Source: Mobula birostris (taxonomy: Eukaryota). Taken from it: a stretch of 64,000 bases of DNA. Positions 36,201 through 49,465 of this stretch are shown one piece after another. The position numbers and the translations under genes are program-made. Under the pieces are notes generated by a model that was not told where the DNA came from, did not search any database, and saw only the letters and a list, made by a program, of their open reading frames with translations. The first letter of the stretch is position 1, and each line of letters starts with the position of its first letter. The stretch lies in the NCBI RefSeq assembly GCF_030028105.1, contig NC_092377.1:40812450-40876449 (forward strand). The letters run 5' to 3'.

Positions 36201-38109
36201 GTAGAGATCCAGACACCGAAATCATGAATTCAGGCAAACACTGTGTGAATTCTTCCTTTGAGCTTAGTATATTTAAGAATTAAATCTTAGAGGGAAAAGT
36301 GCAGGCTCTTCAGAAGGATAACTGGCTGTAATTAGTTACTGATCAGGGTTATTTTGCATTCTCTTGCACTTAGGTGTCTGAAAGATTAGTCATTCAAGGT
36401 TTCTAAAATGGCAAAAGGATCTAATTTTGTATTGCAGCTAAGTTATTCCCTCTAGTGGGAAAAGTCAGAACAGGGACAAAATATTAAACATAGATTTAAG
36501 CCACTTAGGATGGAATTCAAGAAATAACTTTCATACAATGGATCATGGAAATGAGGAATCCCTTTCTCTAAAAGACTTGGTCAATAGAACTCTTGAAAAG
36601 AAAACTGAGGTGGATAGAACTTACAGCAAAGACATTTGAATGGAGCTGAGACAGAGAGCTACTCGAACAGCAGAACAGAGGACAAAGGGTTGAAAATGAA
36701 TCTCAGGTTCCTGCTTGTCAATGTAAGTCTAACATTACTTGAAATGCCAGAATACGTGTATTATACCCCAGCACCCTTACCTTTATGCCTCCCTACATGT
36801 GGGCTTCCAACAAGTGGAACTAATGCAGAATGGGGGTTGAGCTTCAGAAACACCCTGATATTTCATTGTAACACGGAGACTGGGCAAGGTTCAGTTAAAG
36901 CCATCAGGATTCCTCTGGAAATCCGGGGAAGGCTGTGCTAGTAGAAGAGGAGAAGGAGAGAGGTGGGGAAGGGGACCATGGGACACAGGATCTGAGGAAA
37001 CTGGAGGCATTCATCTTTCAACTCCTTCTGTTTCTTATGTTCTGATTATTATGAGGGTCAAGGGAGAGATATGGGATGAGTGAAGGAAATTGATGCAGAG
37101 TCTTTACTGAATGAAAGACCAGGCACAAAGCTCAAAATAGCTCTCCCCTGCTTCTGTTTTTTATGTTCTTAGATTTTTTACTTGCATCTGGAAAACAAAT
37201 CTTGTCTGGATGCAGTGAGCTGATGGCTCTGCCAGGAAATCTGCTTACTAATTGGACTTACAGCTATGGCAATGTAGCAGGTGTGGACAGGCAAAACAAG
37301 TTTACTGGATAATGATCAAGACTCAGATATTGGGAGGGGTACTGAGTGCACAACTAACTATGACACAAAAATATTCAACATTAGTACATGCACCTGTCGA
37401 ATAGCTCCTCACTGTAACAATCTAAACATCTTTCATTTCATACAGTACAGATTGAGAATGTTAAATCTGGGGAGTTTTAAGATTAAGTACTGTGTATAAT
37501 GAAAGATGTTTAAACTCCTCTGGTGGGCAACTATTTGACTGGTGCATGTAAGATTTTGAAATTTCATGTAAAACTTCACACTCACTAGGAAACTATGACT
37601 TTAAATAATAGTTTAATTGTCCTCAAGAGAGGGTACTGAGAAAGAATAACTTGGTGGTCCAGGTAATTAACTCCATTTACGAGCCTCAGTATTCAAGCCT
37701 ACTCCCACTGTGTTCAAAATAGCGAATGCATTCTTTAAAAATGTTCAGGATTTGTAACGGAAAATAATGGAACTACATAATCAAACAGTCTTCAGATTCA
37801 ACTCTTTGGTGGGTGATATCCTTTATAAAGAAACAGCTTTTGTCTTTATGATGCTGAGTGACTTCATTTTGTGTTTCTCATTTCTGGAACATGTGAATGC
37901 TTTGTTCAAATGGATGGAATGAATGATGCTGAGAGGCAGATCAGGAAGGGGAAATTGGACAGGAAGCAAAGAGTCACTGAAATTATAACCTGGCTACTAT
38001 AGTTGAGCTCTAATACCTTTTGTGTAACTGTAGGACCAGAATAGCAAACATCATTCCAATCCAACCCAACATCACATTCGTTCTTCTATCTCCGTTGGTT
38101 CTAACCATA

Positions 38110-38625
38110 AAAGTTAGTTGTTGAGACATGATGCAGCTAGTAGAGCTGCTGTCACACTTCCAGTGACCCAGGTTCAGTCCTGACATCTGGTGCTGTCAGT
38201 GCAGAGCCTGCATGTTCGCATATACTCATAGATTCATGGAAACAGGTCATTCAACTCACAAACCAGTGGGAGCCCATCAGTATTAATCCCATCCCCCTCG
38301 GCACTTGGCCCTTAGCCTCTTATGCCTCAGCAACATGTGCTCATCGAGACGCAGCCGAAGTATTTTCAGCAATTCTACTTCCACCACTCTCTTTGGCAGT
38401 GTATTCCAGTGATCATAACTATATCATGAGTATTCTGGTCTCCCCCCACGTCCCAGAGGTGTGCAGACTGATAGATTAATTGTCTGACGTAAACTGCCCC
38501 GGTGTGTTGCTGAATGGTGAAATCTGTGAGGAGTGTGGGGAGAATAAAATTGAGTTAATGTAAATGGGTGTTTGATGGGTAGAGCAGACTTGGTGGATTA
38601 AAGGGCCTAATTTTGATTCAGTGAT
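38110..38625 (+). mobile_element. V-SINE-type element interrupted by an antisense CR1 3' scrap
   Basis: tRNA-like head with ccaggttcagtcc; SINE core resumes at about 38430; the intervening 38225-38420 resembles a reverse CR1 tail. Confidence 0.5.
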
Positions 38626-38927
38626 TCTAAATTTGTGGCTTTTTCGTGCCTACCACCTGCATCCAAACACTCTACGTTTCCTTAAATGCACTTTCTCCAT
38701 ATTTCATGCCCTTTACCAACTCTCCCCTGCCCTGGTAATTCCTGATATGTTCTTAATGCCAAATCCCCTGCTTTGGAGTTGTTGGAACATGTTGAAGAAA
38801 AAAACTCCCTCTATTGCATGCGCCCATTATTATCTAAAAGTGAAAAAAGATGCGCTGGCACTGAAATGTCTTCCCTAAACATTCGAAAGTATTTCCTTTT
38901 TTTACCCTTAGCAATGCTCCTTGTAGT

Positions 38928-39190
38928 GGCTGCACGGTAGCATGGTGGTTAGCACGTTTTACAGTACAGGAGAGCCGGGTTCAATGCCTGCAACTCTGCC
39001 AGTAAGGAGTTTGGGTTTCCTCTGGGTGCTCCGATTTCTTCCCACAGCCCAAAGCCCTACCAACTGGTAGGTTAATCATTCATTGTAAATTGTCCCGTGA
39101 TTGGATTAGGATTAATTCAGGGGTTGCTAGGCAGCGCGGCTCGAAGGGCCGGAAGGGCCTATTCTGTGCTGTTCCTCAATAAATAAATAT
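38928..39190 (+). mobile_element. V-SINE-type element
   Basis: gcacggtagcatggtggttagcac; gggttcaatgcc; gggtttcctctgggtgctccgatttcttcccacag; aataaataaata tail. Confidence 0.8.
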
Positions 39191-39244
39191 TTGTTTTGAT
39201 GATGTTCATCTGGCATGCCTTAAGACATTTTGAGCTGTAAAAGC

Positions 39245-40270
39245 AACAAGGTCCTGATGGGATGCATCCCAGGGTGCTGAAGGAATTGGCGGAGGTTATA
39301 GTAGACGCGTTGGTAATCATTTATCAAAACTCTCTAGACCCTGAGCAGGTCCCAGCGGATAGGAAGACAGCAAATCTCACGCCACTTTTTAAGAAATGAT
39401 GTAGGCAAAAGATGGGCAACTATAGGCCAGTTAGCTTAACATCTGTAATCGGGAAAATGCTTGAAGCTGTCATTAAGGAAGAAATAGCAAAACATTTAGA
39501 AAGGAATGGTTTCATTGGACAGACACGGCATGGATTCAGAAAGGGCAGGTCCTGTTTGACAAACTTACTGGAGTTCTTTGAGGGCATAATGAGTGCAGTG
39601 GATAGAGGGGAACAGGTGGATGTCGTATACTTAGATTTCCAGAAGGCTTTCGATAAGGTGCTGCACAAGAGACTTATAAATAAGATACGGAAGCATGGAG
39701 TCGGAAGAAGTGTATTGGCATGGATAGTGGATTGTTTAACCAATAGAAGGCAGACAGTTGGTATAAATGGGTGTTTCTCCGGTTGGCAGTCAATGATGAG
39801 TGGGGTTCCACTGGGGTCGGTGCTGGGCCCGCAGCTGTTTACCATTTACTTTGATGATTTGGAAGAGGGGACGAGTGTAGCGTAGCAAAATTTACTGGTG
39901 ACACTAAACTGAGTGAAAATTTTGAAAGGGATAGATAAAATAGAAGTAGGGAAGTTGTTTCCATTGGTAGGTGAGACTAGAACTAGGGGACGTTGCCTCA
40001 AGATTCAGGGGAGAAGATTTAGGATGGAGATGAGGAGAAACTGTTTTTCCCAGAGAGTGGTGAATCTGTGGAATTCTCTGCCCAGGGAAGCAGTTGAGGC
40101 TACTTCATTAAGTATATTTAAGATACAGTTAGATAGGTTTTTACATAGTAAGGGAATAAAGGGCTATGGGGAAAAGGCAGGACAGATAAGCCGTGATCTT
40201 ATTGAATGGCAGGGCAGGCTCAATGGGCCAGATGGCCTACTCCTGCTCCTATTTCATATGTTCTTATAAG
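39245..40270 (+). mobile_element. CR1 LINE fragment (RT + 3' end) with internal deletion at about 39915
   Basis: NYRPVSLTSVIGKMLE, YLDFQKAFDKV, GVPLGSVLGPQLF, then a jump to the C-terminal KILKGIDK...RNCFSQRVVNLWNSLP. Confidence 0.9.
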
Positions 40271-40644
40271 TATATACCATTGTGTTATTCCATGCTATTG
40301 TGAGAATTCACTGCACATCCACAATGAAGTTTAAGTTAACAGGGATTATTGCTTTCTCTTTTACTTGTCCAAGTTAATGGAATCCAGTAACATCAGAGTC
40401 CAAGAGGCCGAGAACATGAAATGGAACTGTCATATTCAAGCTGACAGAATACTTTACTGACAATGATATTTTGGCCACACTGTAAGTACTGACATTGAGC
40501 ACTATAAGTTTAAAAAAAACGGAAGAGATATTACAGAGAAATTCAGTAACATCAGTGAAAAGATTGACCAACATTTGAATTAGCCATTCTTCAACATACC
40601 TCTCATCAAGACCTTTAAATTTCAAAATGAATTCTCAAGCATTT

Positions 40645-40805
40645 CAAACACGAGAAAATCTGCATCTATGGAAAAGAGTAAACAGTCAACACTTCAGGCC
40701 GAGACCTAATGAAGGGTCTGTGTACCTGATGGATGTTGACTGTTTATTCTTTTCCATAGATGCTGCCTGGTCTGCTGGGTTCCTCCAGCATTTCGTATGT
40801 GTTCT
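40645..40805. mobile_element. two fused inverted Penelope terminal fragments
   Basis: 30-bp inverted repeat with 29/30 matches: 40662-40691 vs 40734-40763. Confidence 0.7.
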
Positions 40806-41289
40806 CAAATATTTTGTTTTTTTGGTAGGCAATTTTTGCTGCTTGTAAAGATTCAAAGTTCTATCAGTAATTATGTAGAGCAGCTCTAATGAAAGTCTAC
40901 TGCATTGTGTGCACCACATCCCCAAAAGCAATGAACAAAGCTTTTTTTCCCCTCAGGGTGAACACAAAAGCTATAAAATTAAGATCGATTGTACATCAGG
41001 AACAGCACATATCATACTCAATGGGGAAATTGAATGAGATAGCTTAATGAAGCACAGGCAGCTTTCTTTCTGTAATTTTACAGCTCAATTCCATCTTCAT
41101 GAATAAGGAAACAAAACACAAAGAATGATTCTGTTTGCAATGCATGTACTGTTATCAATAAAAGAAGGAATATTCCACAGGGTAGGATAACCTTCAGAGG
41201 AATGTTCATCCTCCCATTGTTTCAAATAGGAAAAAACTATTATTCAGCAAAGATAAAGACGTGAAATGTGTGCGGAGTGGGAATAAGGC

Positions 41290-41900
41290 ATTCACATGGG
41301 CTCCATCTCCTGAAATGCCCGGAGCCTGTAGTCCAGGGTGAAGTGCCAGCCTTCAGCCCTTTAAGAAGAAGTGATCCTTTTAGGAAAGAATGTGCTGGCG
41401 TTAGAGAGGATCCAGCAGAGATTTATGAGAATGAGCCCAGGAATGAAAGTGATAACATATGAGGATCATTTGATGGCCCTGTGCCTGTATTCGCTGGAGT
41501 TTAGAAGAAAGGGGAGTGGGGGAGGGTGATGTTTGTGATATTATTAAAACCTACTGAATATTGAAGGATGGATGTGGAGAGGTTGTTTCCTGTAGTGTGG
41601 GCATTTGGGGCCAGAGGGTTCAGCCTCAGGATAGAAGGACATCTCTGCAGAATAGAAATGAGGACGAGTATCTTTAGTCAGGGAAGGGTGAGTCTGTGGA
41701 ATTCTTTCCTACAGACAGCTGCAGAGGCCAAGTCATTGGGTATATTTGTAGTGGAGTTTGATAGGTTCTTGATTAGTGAGGGCATCAATGTTTGTGGAGA
41801 GAATGGGGTTGAGAAGGAACATAAGTCAACCACAATCGAATGGCAGAGCAGACACGGTGATCTGAACGGCTTCCTTCCGCTCCTATATCTTATGGTTTTC
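41290..41900 (+). mobile_element. degenerate CR1 3' fragment
   Basis: MDVERLFPVV...RGFSLRIEG...IFSQGRVSLWNS. Confidence 0.75.
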
Positions 41901-42171
41901 GTCTCTAAGAAGCCACTTGTGAAAAAGGCTCCTCTGCTGATGGATATGACCGTGAACACAGTAGGGAAGGGCAACTGAGCATAGCAGCTTTGTTAACAGC
42001 AGGTAACAGTGATGCTAGAAAACAATGTGTGTTCGTCATGTACCACAATCCCCACTTTAGCTTTCCAAGGTTATCCAATTGAACCGCTCTGCTAAAATTT
42101 GTGGGATCCAGATACTTCAACACTGGGAGCAGTCCATCCATGCCTGCATATTCCAACAAGTTTATATACCA

Positions 42172-45100
42172 TAGAAAACCATAGAAACCATAGAAACTAC
42201 AGCACAGAAACAGGCCTTTTGGCCCTTCTTGGCTGTGCCGAACCATTTTCTGCCTAGTCCCACTGACCTGCACACGGACCATATCCCTACATACACCTCC
42301 CATCCATGTATCTGTCCAATTTATTCTTAAATGTTAAAAAAGAACCCGCATTTACCACCTCATCTGGCAGCTCATTCCATACTCCCACCACTCGCTGTGT
42401 GAAGAAGCCCCCCCCCAATGTTCCCTTTAAACTTTTCCCCCCTCACCCTTAACCCATGTCCTCTGGTTTTTTTCTCCCCTTGCCTCAGTGGAAAAAGCCT
42501 GCTTTCATTCACTCTATCTATACCCATCATAATTTTATATACCTCTATCAAATCTCCCCTCATTCTTCTATGCTCCAGGGAATAAAGTCCCAACCTATTC
42601 AACCTTTCTCTGTAACTGAGTTTCTCAAGTCCCGGCAACATCCTTGTAAACCTTCTCTGCACTCTTTCAACCTTATTTATATCCTTCCTGTAATTTGGTG
42701 ACCAAAACTGAACACAATACTCCAGATTCAGCCTCACCAATGCCTTATACAACCTCATCATAACATTTCAGCTCTTATACTCAATACTTTGATTAATAAA
42801 GGCCAATGTATCAAAAGCTCTCTTTACGACCCTATCTACCTGTGACACCACTTTTAGGGAATTTTGTATCTGTATTCCCAGATCCCTCTGTTCCACTGCG
42901 CTCCTCAGTGCCTTACCATTAACCCTGTATGTTCTACGTTGGTTTGTCCTCCCAACGTGCAATACCTCACACTTGTCAGTATTAAACTCCATCTGCCATT
43001 TTTCCAGCTGGTCCAAGTCCCTCTGCAGGCTCTGAAAACCTTCCTCACTGTCTACTACACCTCCAATCTTTGTATCATCAGCAAACTTGCTGATCCAATT
43101 TACCATATTATCATCCAGATCATTGATATAGATGACAAATAACAATGGACCCAGCACTGATCCCTGTGGCACACCACTAGTCACAGGTCTCCACTCAGAG
43201 AAGCAATTCTCTACCACCACTCCCTGGCTTCTTCCATCGAGCCAATGTCTAATCCAATTTACCACCTTCCATGTATACCTAGCGACTGAATTTTCCTAAC
43301 TAACCTCCCATGCGGGACCTTGTCAAAGGCCTTACTGAAGTCCGTGTAGACAATATCCACTGCCTTCCCTTCATCCACTTTCCTGGTAACCTCCTCGAAA
43401 AACTCCAATAGATTGGTCAAACATGACCTACCACGCACAAAGCCATGTTGACTCTCCCTAATAAGTCCCAGTCTATCCAAATGCTTGTAGATTCTGTCTC
43501 TTAGTACTCCCTCCAATAACTTACCTACTACCGACGTTAAACTTACTGGCCTATAATTTCCCGGATTACTTTTTGATCCTTTTTTAAACAACGGAACAAC
43601 ATGAGCCACTCTCCAATCCTCCGGCACCTCACCTGTAGACAGCGACATTTTAAATATTTCTGCCAGGGCCCCTGCAATTTCAACACTAGTCTCCTTCAAG
43701 GTCCGAGGGAACACCCTGTCAGGTCCCAGGGATTTATCCACTTTAATTTTCCTCAAGACAGCAAGGACCTCCTCCTTTTCAATCTGTACAGTTTCCATGA
43801 TCTCACTACTTGTTTCCCTTAATTCCATAGACTTCATGCCAGTTTCCTTAGTAAATACAGACGCAAAAAACCTATTTAAGATCTCCCCTACTTCCTTTGG
43901 TTCCGCACGTAGCCGACCACTCTGATCTTCAAGAGGACCAATTTTATCCCTTACAATCCTTTTGCTTTTAATATACCTGTAAAAGCTCTTTGGATTATCC
44001 TTCACTTTGACTGCCAAGGCAACCTCATGTCTTCTTTTAGCACTCCTGATTTCTTTCTTAAGTATTTTCTTGCACTTCTTACACTCCTCAAGCACCTTAT
44101 TTACTCCCTGCTTCCTATACATGTCATACAACTCCCTCTTCTTCTTTATCAGAGTTGCAATATCCCTTGAGAACCAAGGTTCCTTATTCCTATTCATCTT
44201 GCCTTTAATCCTGACAGGAACATACAAATTCTGCACTCTCAAAATTTCTGCTTTGAAGGCTTCCCACCTACCGATCACATCCATGCCAGAGAACAACCTA
44301 TCCCAATCCATGCTTTTTAGATCCTTTCTCATTTCTTCAAATTTGGCCTTCTTCCAGCTAAGAACCTCAACCCTAGGACCAGATCTATCCTTGTCCACGA
44401 TCAAGTTGAAACTAATGGTGTTATGATCACTGGAACCAAAGTGCTCCCCTACACAGACTTCTGTCACTTGTCCTAATTCGTTTCCTAACAGGAGATCCAA
44501 TATTGCATCCCCTGTAGTTGGTCCCTCTATATATTGATTTAGAAAACTTTCCTGAACACATTTTACAAACTCTAAACCATCTAGACCCCTAACAGTATGG
44601 GAGATCCAATCAATATATGGAAAATTAAAATCCCCTACCACCACAACTTTATGTTTCCTGCAGTTGCCTGCTATCTCTCTGCAGATTTGCACTTCCAATT
44701 CTCTTTGACTATTGGGTGGTCTGTAATACAATCCCACTAATGTGGCCATACCTTTCCTGTTTCTCAGCTCCACCCACAAGGACTCAGTAGACAAGCCCTC
44801 TAATCTGTCCTGCCTGAGCACTGCTGTAATAATTTTCCCTAACAAGCAATGCCACTCCCCCACCTTTCATTCCTCTGCCTCGATCACATCTGAAACATCG
44901 GAACCCTGGAATATTAAGCTGCCAGTCCTGCCCCTCCTGTAGCCAAATTTCACTAATTGCTACAACGTCATAATTCCACGTGTCAATCCACACCCTCAAC
45001 TCATCCGCCTTCCCCACAATACTCCTAGCATTGAAATATATACACCTCAGAAGATTTTTACCACCACTCACAACCTTTCTATTAGTGGATTTGCTTGAAC

Positions 45101-45392
45101 TTTTAACATCATTTATTTTCACCCCAGCCACATTGTCAGCTCTGGTACTGTGGTTCCCATCCCCCTGCAAATCTAGTTTAAAGCCCCCCCCAATAGCATT
45201 AACAAACCTCCCTGAAAGGATATTGGTCCCCCTGTAGTTCAAGTGTAACCCGTCTCTCTTGTCCAGGTCCCACCTGCCCCAGAAGAGGTCCCAATTATCC
45301 TGAAATCTGAAACCCTGCTCCCTACACCAGTTCCTCAGCCACTTGTTCATCCTCCAGAGCATCCTATTCCTACCCTCACTGGCACGTAGCAC
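42172..45392 (-). mobile_element. CR1 LINE, about 3.2 kb: ORF1 SGNH-esterase C-terminus + nearly complete ORF2 (APE + RT); inactivated
   Basis: ORF1 ...WGRWDLDKRDGLHLNYRG; APE YFNARSI, YYRPP, GDFN, SDH; RT NYRPVSLTS, DFSKAFDKVPH, PQGSVLGP, KFADD; (tttctatgg)n tail; frameshifts at about 44830 and 43262, stop at 42768; possible TSD atacca at 42166-42171 / 45393-45398. Confidence 0.95.
43259..44863 (-). pseudogene. CR1 ORF2 central fragment (APE C-half + RT N-half)
   Basis: 534-aa ORF carrying the motifs above; its N-terminal residues derive from a frameshift. Confidence 0.9.
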
Positions 45393-45398
45393 ATACCA

Positions 45399-46320
45399 CC
45401 AGCCATATCCTCCCCTTTCCATCCCTTTCTGCTTTCCACAGGGATCACTTTCTCCATGACTTCCCAGTCTGCTCAGCTCTCCCCTTCCCCAGGCACTTTT
45501 CTCTGTATTTGGAGGAAATCTACTCTTGCTCCCTCACAGCCACCCAGGGTCCTAAACAGCCCTTCCGTGTGAGGCAGTGATTCACATGTAAATCCTCTGG
45601 CCTTGCTTATTGCATCCAGTGCTCCCGATTCGCCCTTCTCTAAATCGATAAGACCAGATACAAACTGATTAATGCTTTGCAAAGCATCTGCGCTCTGTCC
45701 GCCAAGGCCCTCTGAAGCTCCAGCCATGTTAATTCTCCTCCCCATTCCCAAAATAACATGTCTTTTCTCAGCCTCCTCCACTGGCAGGAAGAGATGAAAC
45801 AAAAACTAGAGAAACAACACTACATATTGAGCCTGGGTAGCCTACAGCCCAATGGCATAAAAATTGATTTCTCCAATTTCAGGTAAGCTGCCCCCCTCTG
45901 CCCCTTTTCTTGCTTCTCCCAGTCTATCCAGTTCCTTCAACAGCTCTACCCCTCGCCAGTCCCCATCAGCTCGTTTCTTTCCTTACCTCCACCTACTCCT
46001 TCTCCCACACATTCCTCCCTCTGGTTCTGTTGCCCCACTGTTCCCCATCAGACTGCTTTATCATCTCTTTTTTGTCTCCTCATGTCGCCTGCCAGCTTGT
46101 GGCTCCTTCATCTACGTACCACACGCCCTCCTCACCTGGAATCACCTATACTTGCCAACTCTTCCGCTCACCTGTTACCATGACTGTCTCCCCTCTATCC
46201 TTCAGTCCAGATGAAGGGTCTCAACCTAAGACATCGGCTAACATTTTCTTGGCCCATGGAGATCCTCCAGTATCATTTTTTTTTGCTCCAGAGCCCAGCA
46301 CCTGCAGTCTTCTGTCTCCA
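45399..46320 (+). mobile_element. old degenerate Penelope-like element
   Basis: Similar to 61757-62150 and 31040-31520 (ctgctttccacaggga; cagcccttccgtgtgaggcag; gatttctccaatttc; decayed hammerhead at about 46204-46240). Confidence 0.7.
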
Positions 46321-46339
46321 CATACAGCCATTTTATAGA

Positions 46340-46640
46340 AACTAGGCAGCTAGTAGACCTACTGCCTCACAGATCCAGTGACCTGGGTTCAATACTGACG
46401 TGATGTGTGTGTGGAGGAGTCTGCACATTCTCACTGTGACTGTAGATGTGTTCTCCAAGTCTACATCCCAAAGGTCTGCAAGCTAGTTACCCTTTGTGTG
46501 AAGGTGAGTCACAGCATCTCAGTTATTGGAATTGAGAAGGAATAAAATGGGTTAGGGAAGATTAATATAAAATATGGATATTTGATGGACAGTGATGAGA
46601 CAAAGGTCCTGATTCCATGCCATAATGCTCTATGGTTTTA
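46340..46640 (+). mobile_element. degenerate V-SINE-type element
   Basis: ctgcctcacag...gacctgggttcaatactgac head; ctctatggttttatg tail. Confidence 0.5.
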
Positions 46641-48333
46641 TGTTTCAAAATAAAAATAATGTATAATATTTGCAAATATATTTTTAGAATATTTGGATTT
46701 TTATTCAATCAGACAAGTTAAATGTCAGTGAAAATTTTATTCATTTACACTTGATCAAAATTAATGTCCAATCCCTAGGAAAGGAATACTTAAAGCAGGA
46801 GTTGTTTGACAAATGAGGCAATATAATAGAAACAGTTCCTTGTTTTGAAATGTCTGCATGGGTGAGAAATAAAAGCTGAGTAAGTACCTCAAAACCAAAA
46901 ACCTTGACCACATCAGATCAGAGTCAATTTACTGCATAAATAGCCCTAAATGAGACTTAGGTGAAAAGCTTTGAACCATTTCAACTCGTTCCCATGTCAA
47001 CACTCAGAACCACTTACACAGTTAAGGTCTGGATCACGCTGTTCACTACAAAGGCCAGGTCAAGCATCAGGTGACTGAAGCAGGATTTTGAGATTCTGTG
47101 CAGTGTGTCAGTGGTGGATTTGTGTCTGGTTCCTGTTATCTGAGACACCTGTTATTAGTACCTTAGCAATGCAGGTGTGAGTTTACTGATATCCAACAGC
47201 ATTCAGAAAGAAAGTCAAATATAAAAAGGCTATCCTGCCAAATACAACCCACAACAGAAAAGATATAAATTTTCATTAACCTACTGGTCAAGCTGTTTGC
47301 ATTCAGGAGAAATATATTCACATATAGCTCTCCCACAGTTTCATCTGCGCAACAATCTGCTTGTCTTATTACTCATTATCTACATTATGGTGCTATAATG
47401 CATTTAGATTAATATACAGCATAACAGAAAAGTTATCTTTTATAAAATAGTTCTGTTTTATTTTAAGAGAGAGAGTTTAATAAGGACCACAAGTGGTCAG
47501 GTCCTGGACTAATGTTCCTGGTTCTCAGATTAGACTTTCTGAACGGAGCCTTATCTATCCCAAAGACAAATTCACCAATTTAAGAGAAGGTGAAGTCAGT
47601 ATCAGCAACACAGAGCAAGGAGGCTTAGCTAATGCACCAGAACAGACATCTTCACTGTTAATTAGTCCAAGAGTTCTTCAGCAGTATAGTGAACCAGAGT
47701 GAAGTAAAGTGAGAGCAGTATTTTCTCTAGGCAGAGGAGTGACAGTCACGTGCAGTCGATGTGGAGGAAACATCAGTAGCTTGGAGTGTACAATCAGTCT
47801 CAGCCTGGTAATATAGAATGAGTGAAGCATTCCCGAGTCTCCTGCTCTCTCAGGTAATACTTTATAGATTCCAGACATTTCCTGGGAGTAATTCTCTTTC
47901 TCAAATCTCCTCTACACTTCCGACCTCTTACCTAAACCTACCTATGCTGCCTCTGCCATGAGATAAGACTTCCTACTCCTTACTCTGCTAGTGATCCTGG
48001 TGATTTTATGCACTTCTATCAAGACCTCTCAACTGCTCTGCTCCAAAGAAAAACAAATGCAATTGTTCTAGTCTCTCCTCATAACTGAAGTACTCTATCT
48101 CAATCAACATCCTCGGAAATCTGCTCTGGATCCTCTCTCATATAATTCTGTCTTCTGTGGTGCAGTGACCGGAATGGCACATGTATACATATTAACAAAT
48201 TTCACAACACATGCCAGTGATAATAAACCTGGTTCTGTTTCTGATGTCTTAGCCTAATTAGTCCTCCTAAAAATGCCATCACTTAACTCTTAGCAGGATT
48301 AAAATTCATTTGCCAATCCATATCATCCTACAA

Positions 48334-48408
48334 CAGGAGTTCCCAACCTGGACCCCTCTCTCAGTTAATGGTATGGGTTCATGGTATAAAAAAGGTTAGG
48401 AACCCCTG
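48334..48408. mobile_element. hAT (Charlie-like) MITE, 75 bp
   Basis: TIRs caggagttcccaacc / ggttaggaacccctg; 8-bp TSD tcctacaa / tcctacag (7/8). Confidence 0.75.
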
Positions 48409-49094
48409 TCCTACAGCCTAAGTCTAACCATCCACCTCACTAAGAACATCATCCAGTGGCAGATAGTGAAGTAATTCTTCAAGAGTGGTGATTTATGATA
48501 TCTATGAGAATACTTTGTGGTGGGTTGATAAATGAATCAGAGGCAGTGCAAAACAATCCAGAAGTAGTCAGAATCAAAGACTTCACTTGGGGGGTAATTT
48601 GGCTATTCATTACAAAAAGGATCAGCATCAGAGAAGTCATGGAGTCATTCCATTGAAAGCAGAAGCTCTTGCCTGGAACATGCTGAGATATCTAGTCTGT
48701 GGAGATTTCATGACTGCCTCTCTGGCAGACTCTCCTACAACAATTCATATAAGATTTTCCTTTTATATCATGTTCCTGTGCCGTCATTCCATTATGTAGT
48801 CCATGCAAAATAAGCAAGTTACAACTGACTTTCTCAACCTGTGTGTATACTCTGTCCTCTCGTGCTGAGGGGTTTCAGTTTTGTTATTGCAAATTTTAGA
48901 GTGGTTGAAGCAAGATGTAGGCAAAGGCAGGAAATAATACAACATAAAGTCATTGAGAGACATAGCATGAAACAGGCCTTTCAACCTACAAAATCCATGC
49001 CTACCATCAAGCATGTACCAATCCTACCCTAATCCTCTTTTTTTAACTGAATAGGCTGAATTGAATTGAAAAGGTTAGAACCTTATTCCATAAA

Positions 49095-49465
49095 AAGTAG
49101 AAGATTGAGATGAAAGTTGATAGAGGTATACAATATTTGAGGGGCATAGATAGGGTAAATGCAAGCAGGATACTTCCACTGAGATTGGGTGGGACTACAA
49201 TGAGAGGCCATGGGGTAAGGGTGAAAGTTGAAAAGTTTAAGGGGAACATGAGGGGAAACTTCTTCACTCAGAAGTTTGTGAGAGTGTGAAATGAGCTGCC
49301 AGCACAAGTGGTGCATGAAAGCTCGATTACAACGTTTAAGCGAAGTTTGGATAGGGGTATGGAGGGCTATAATCCCAGTGCAGGTCCATGGGAGTTGGCA
49401 GGTTAAATGGTTCTAGATGGGCCAAAGCGCCTGTTTCTGTGCTGTACTTCTCTATGACTGGTGAC
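49095..49465 (+). mobile_element. CR1 LINE 3' fragment
   Basis: gatagaggtatac...ggggcatagatagggtaaatgc...gaggggaaacttcttcactcag; same family as 42172-42560. Confidence 0.8.
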
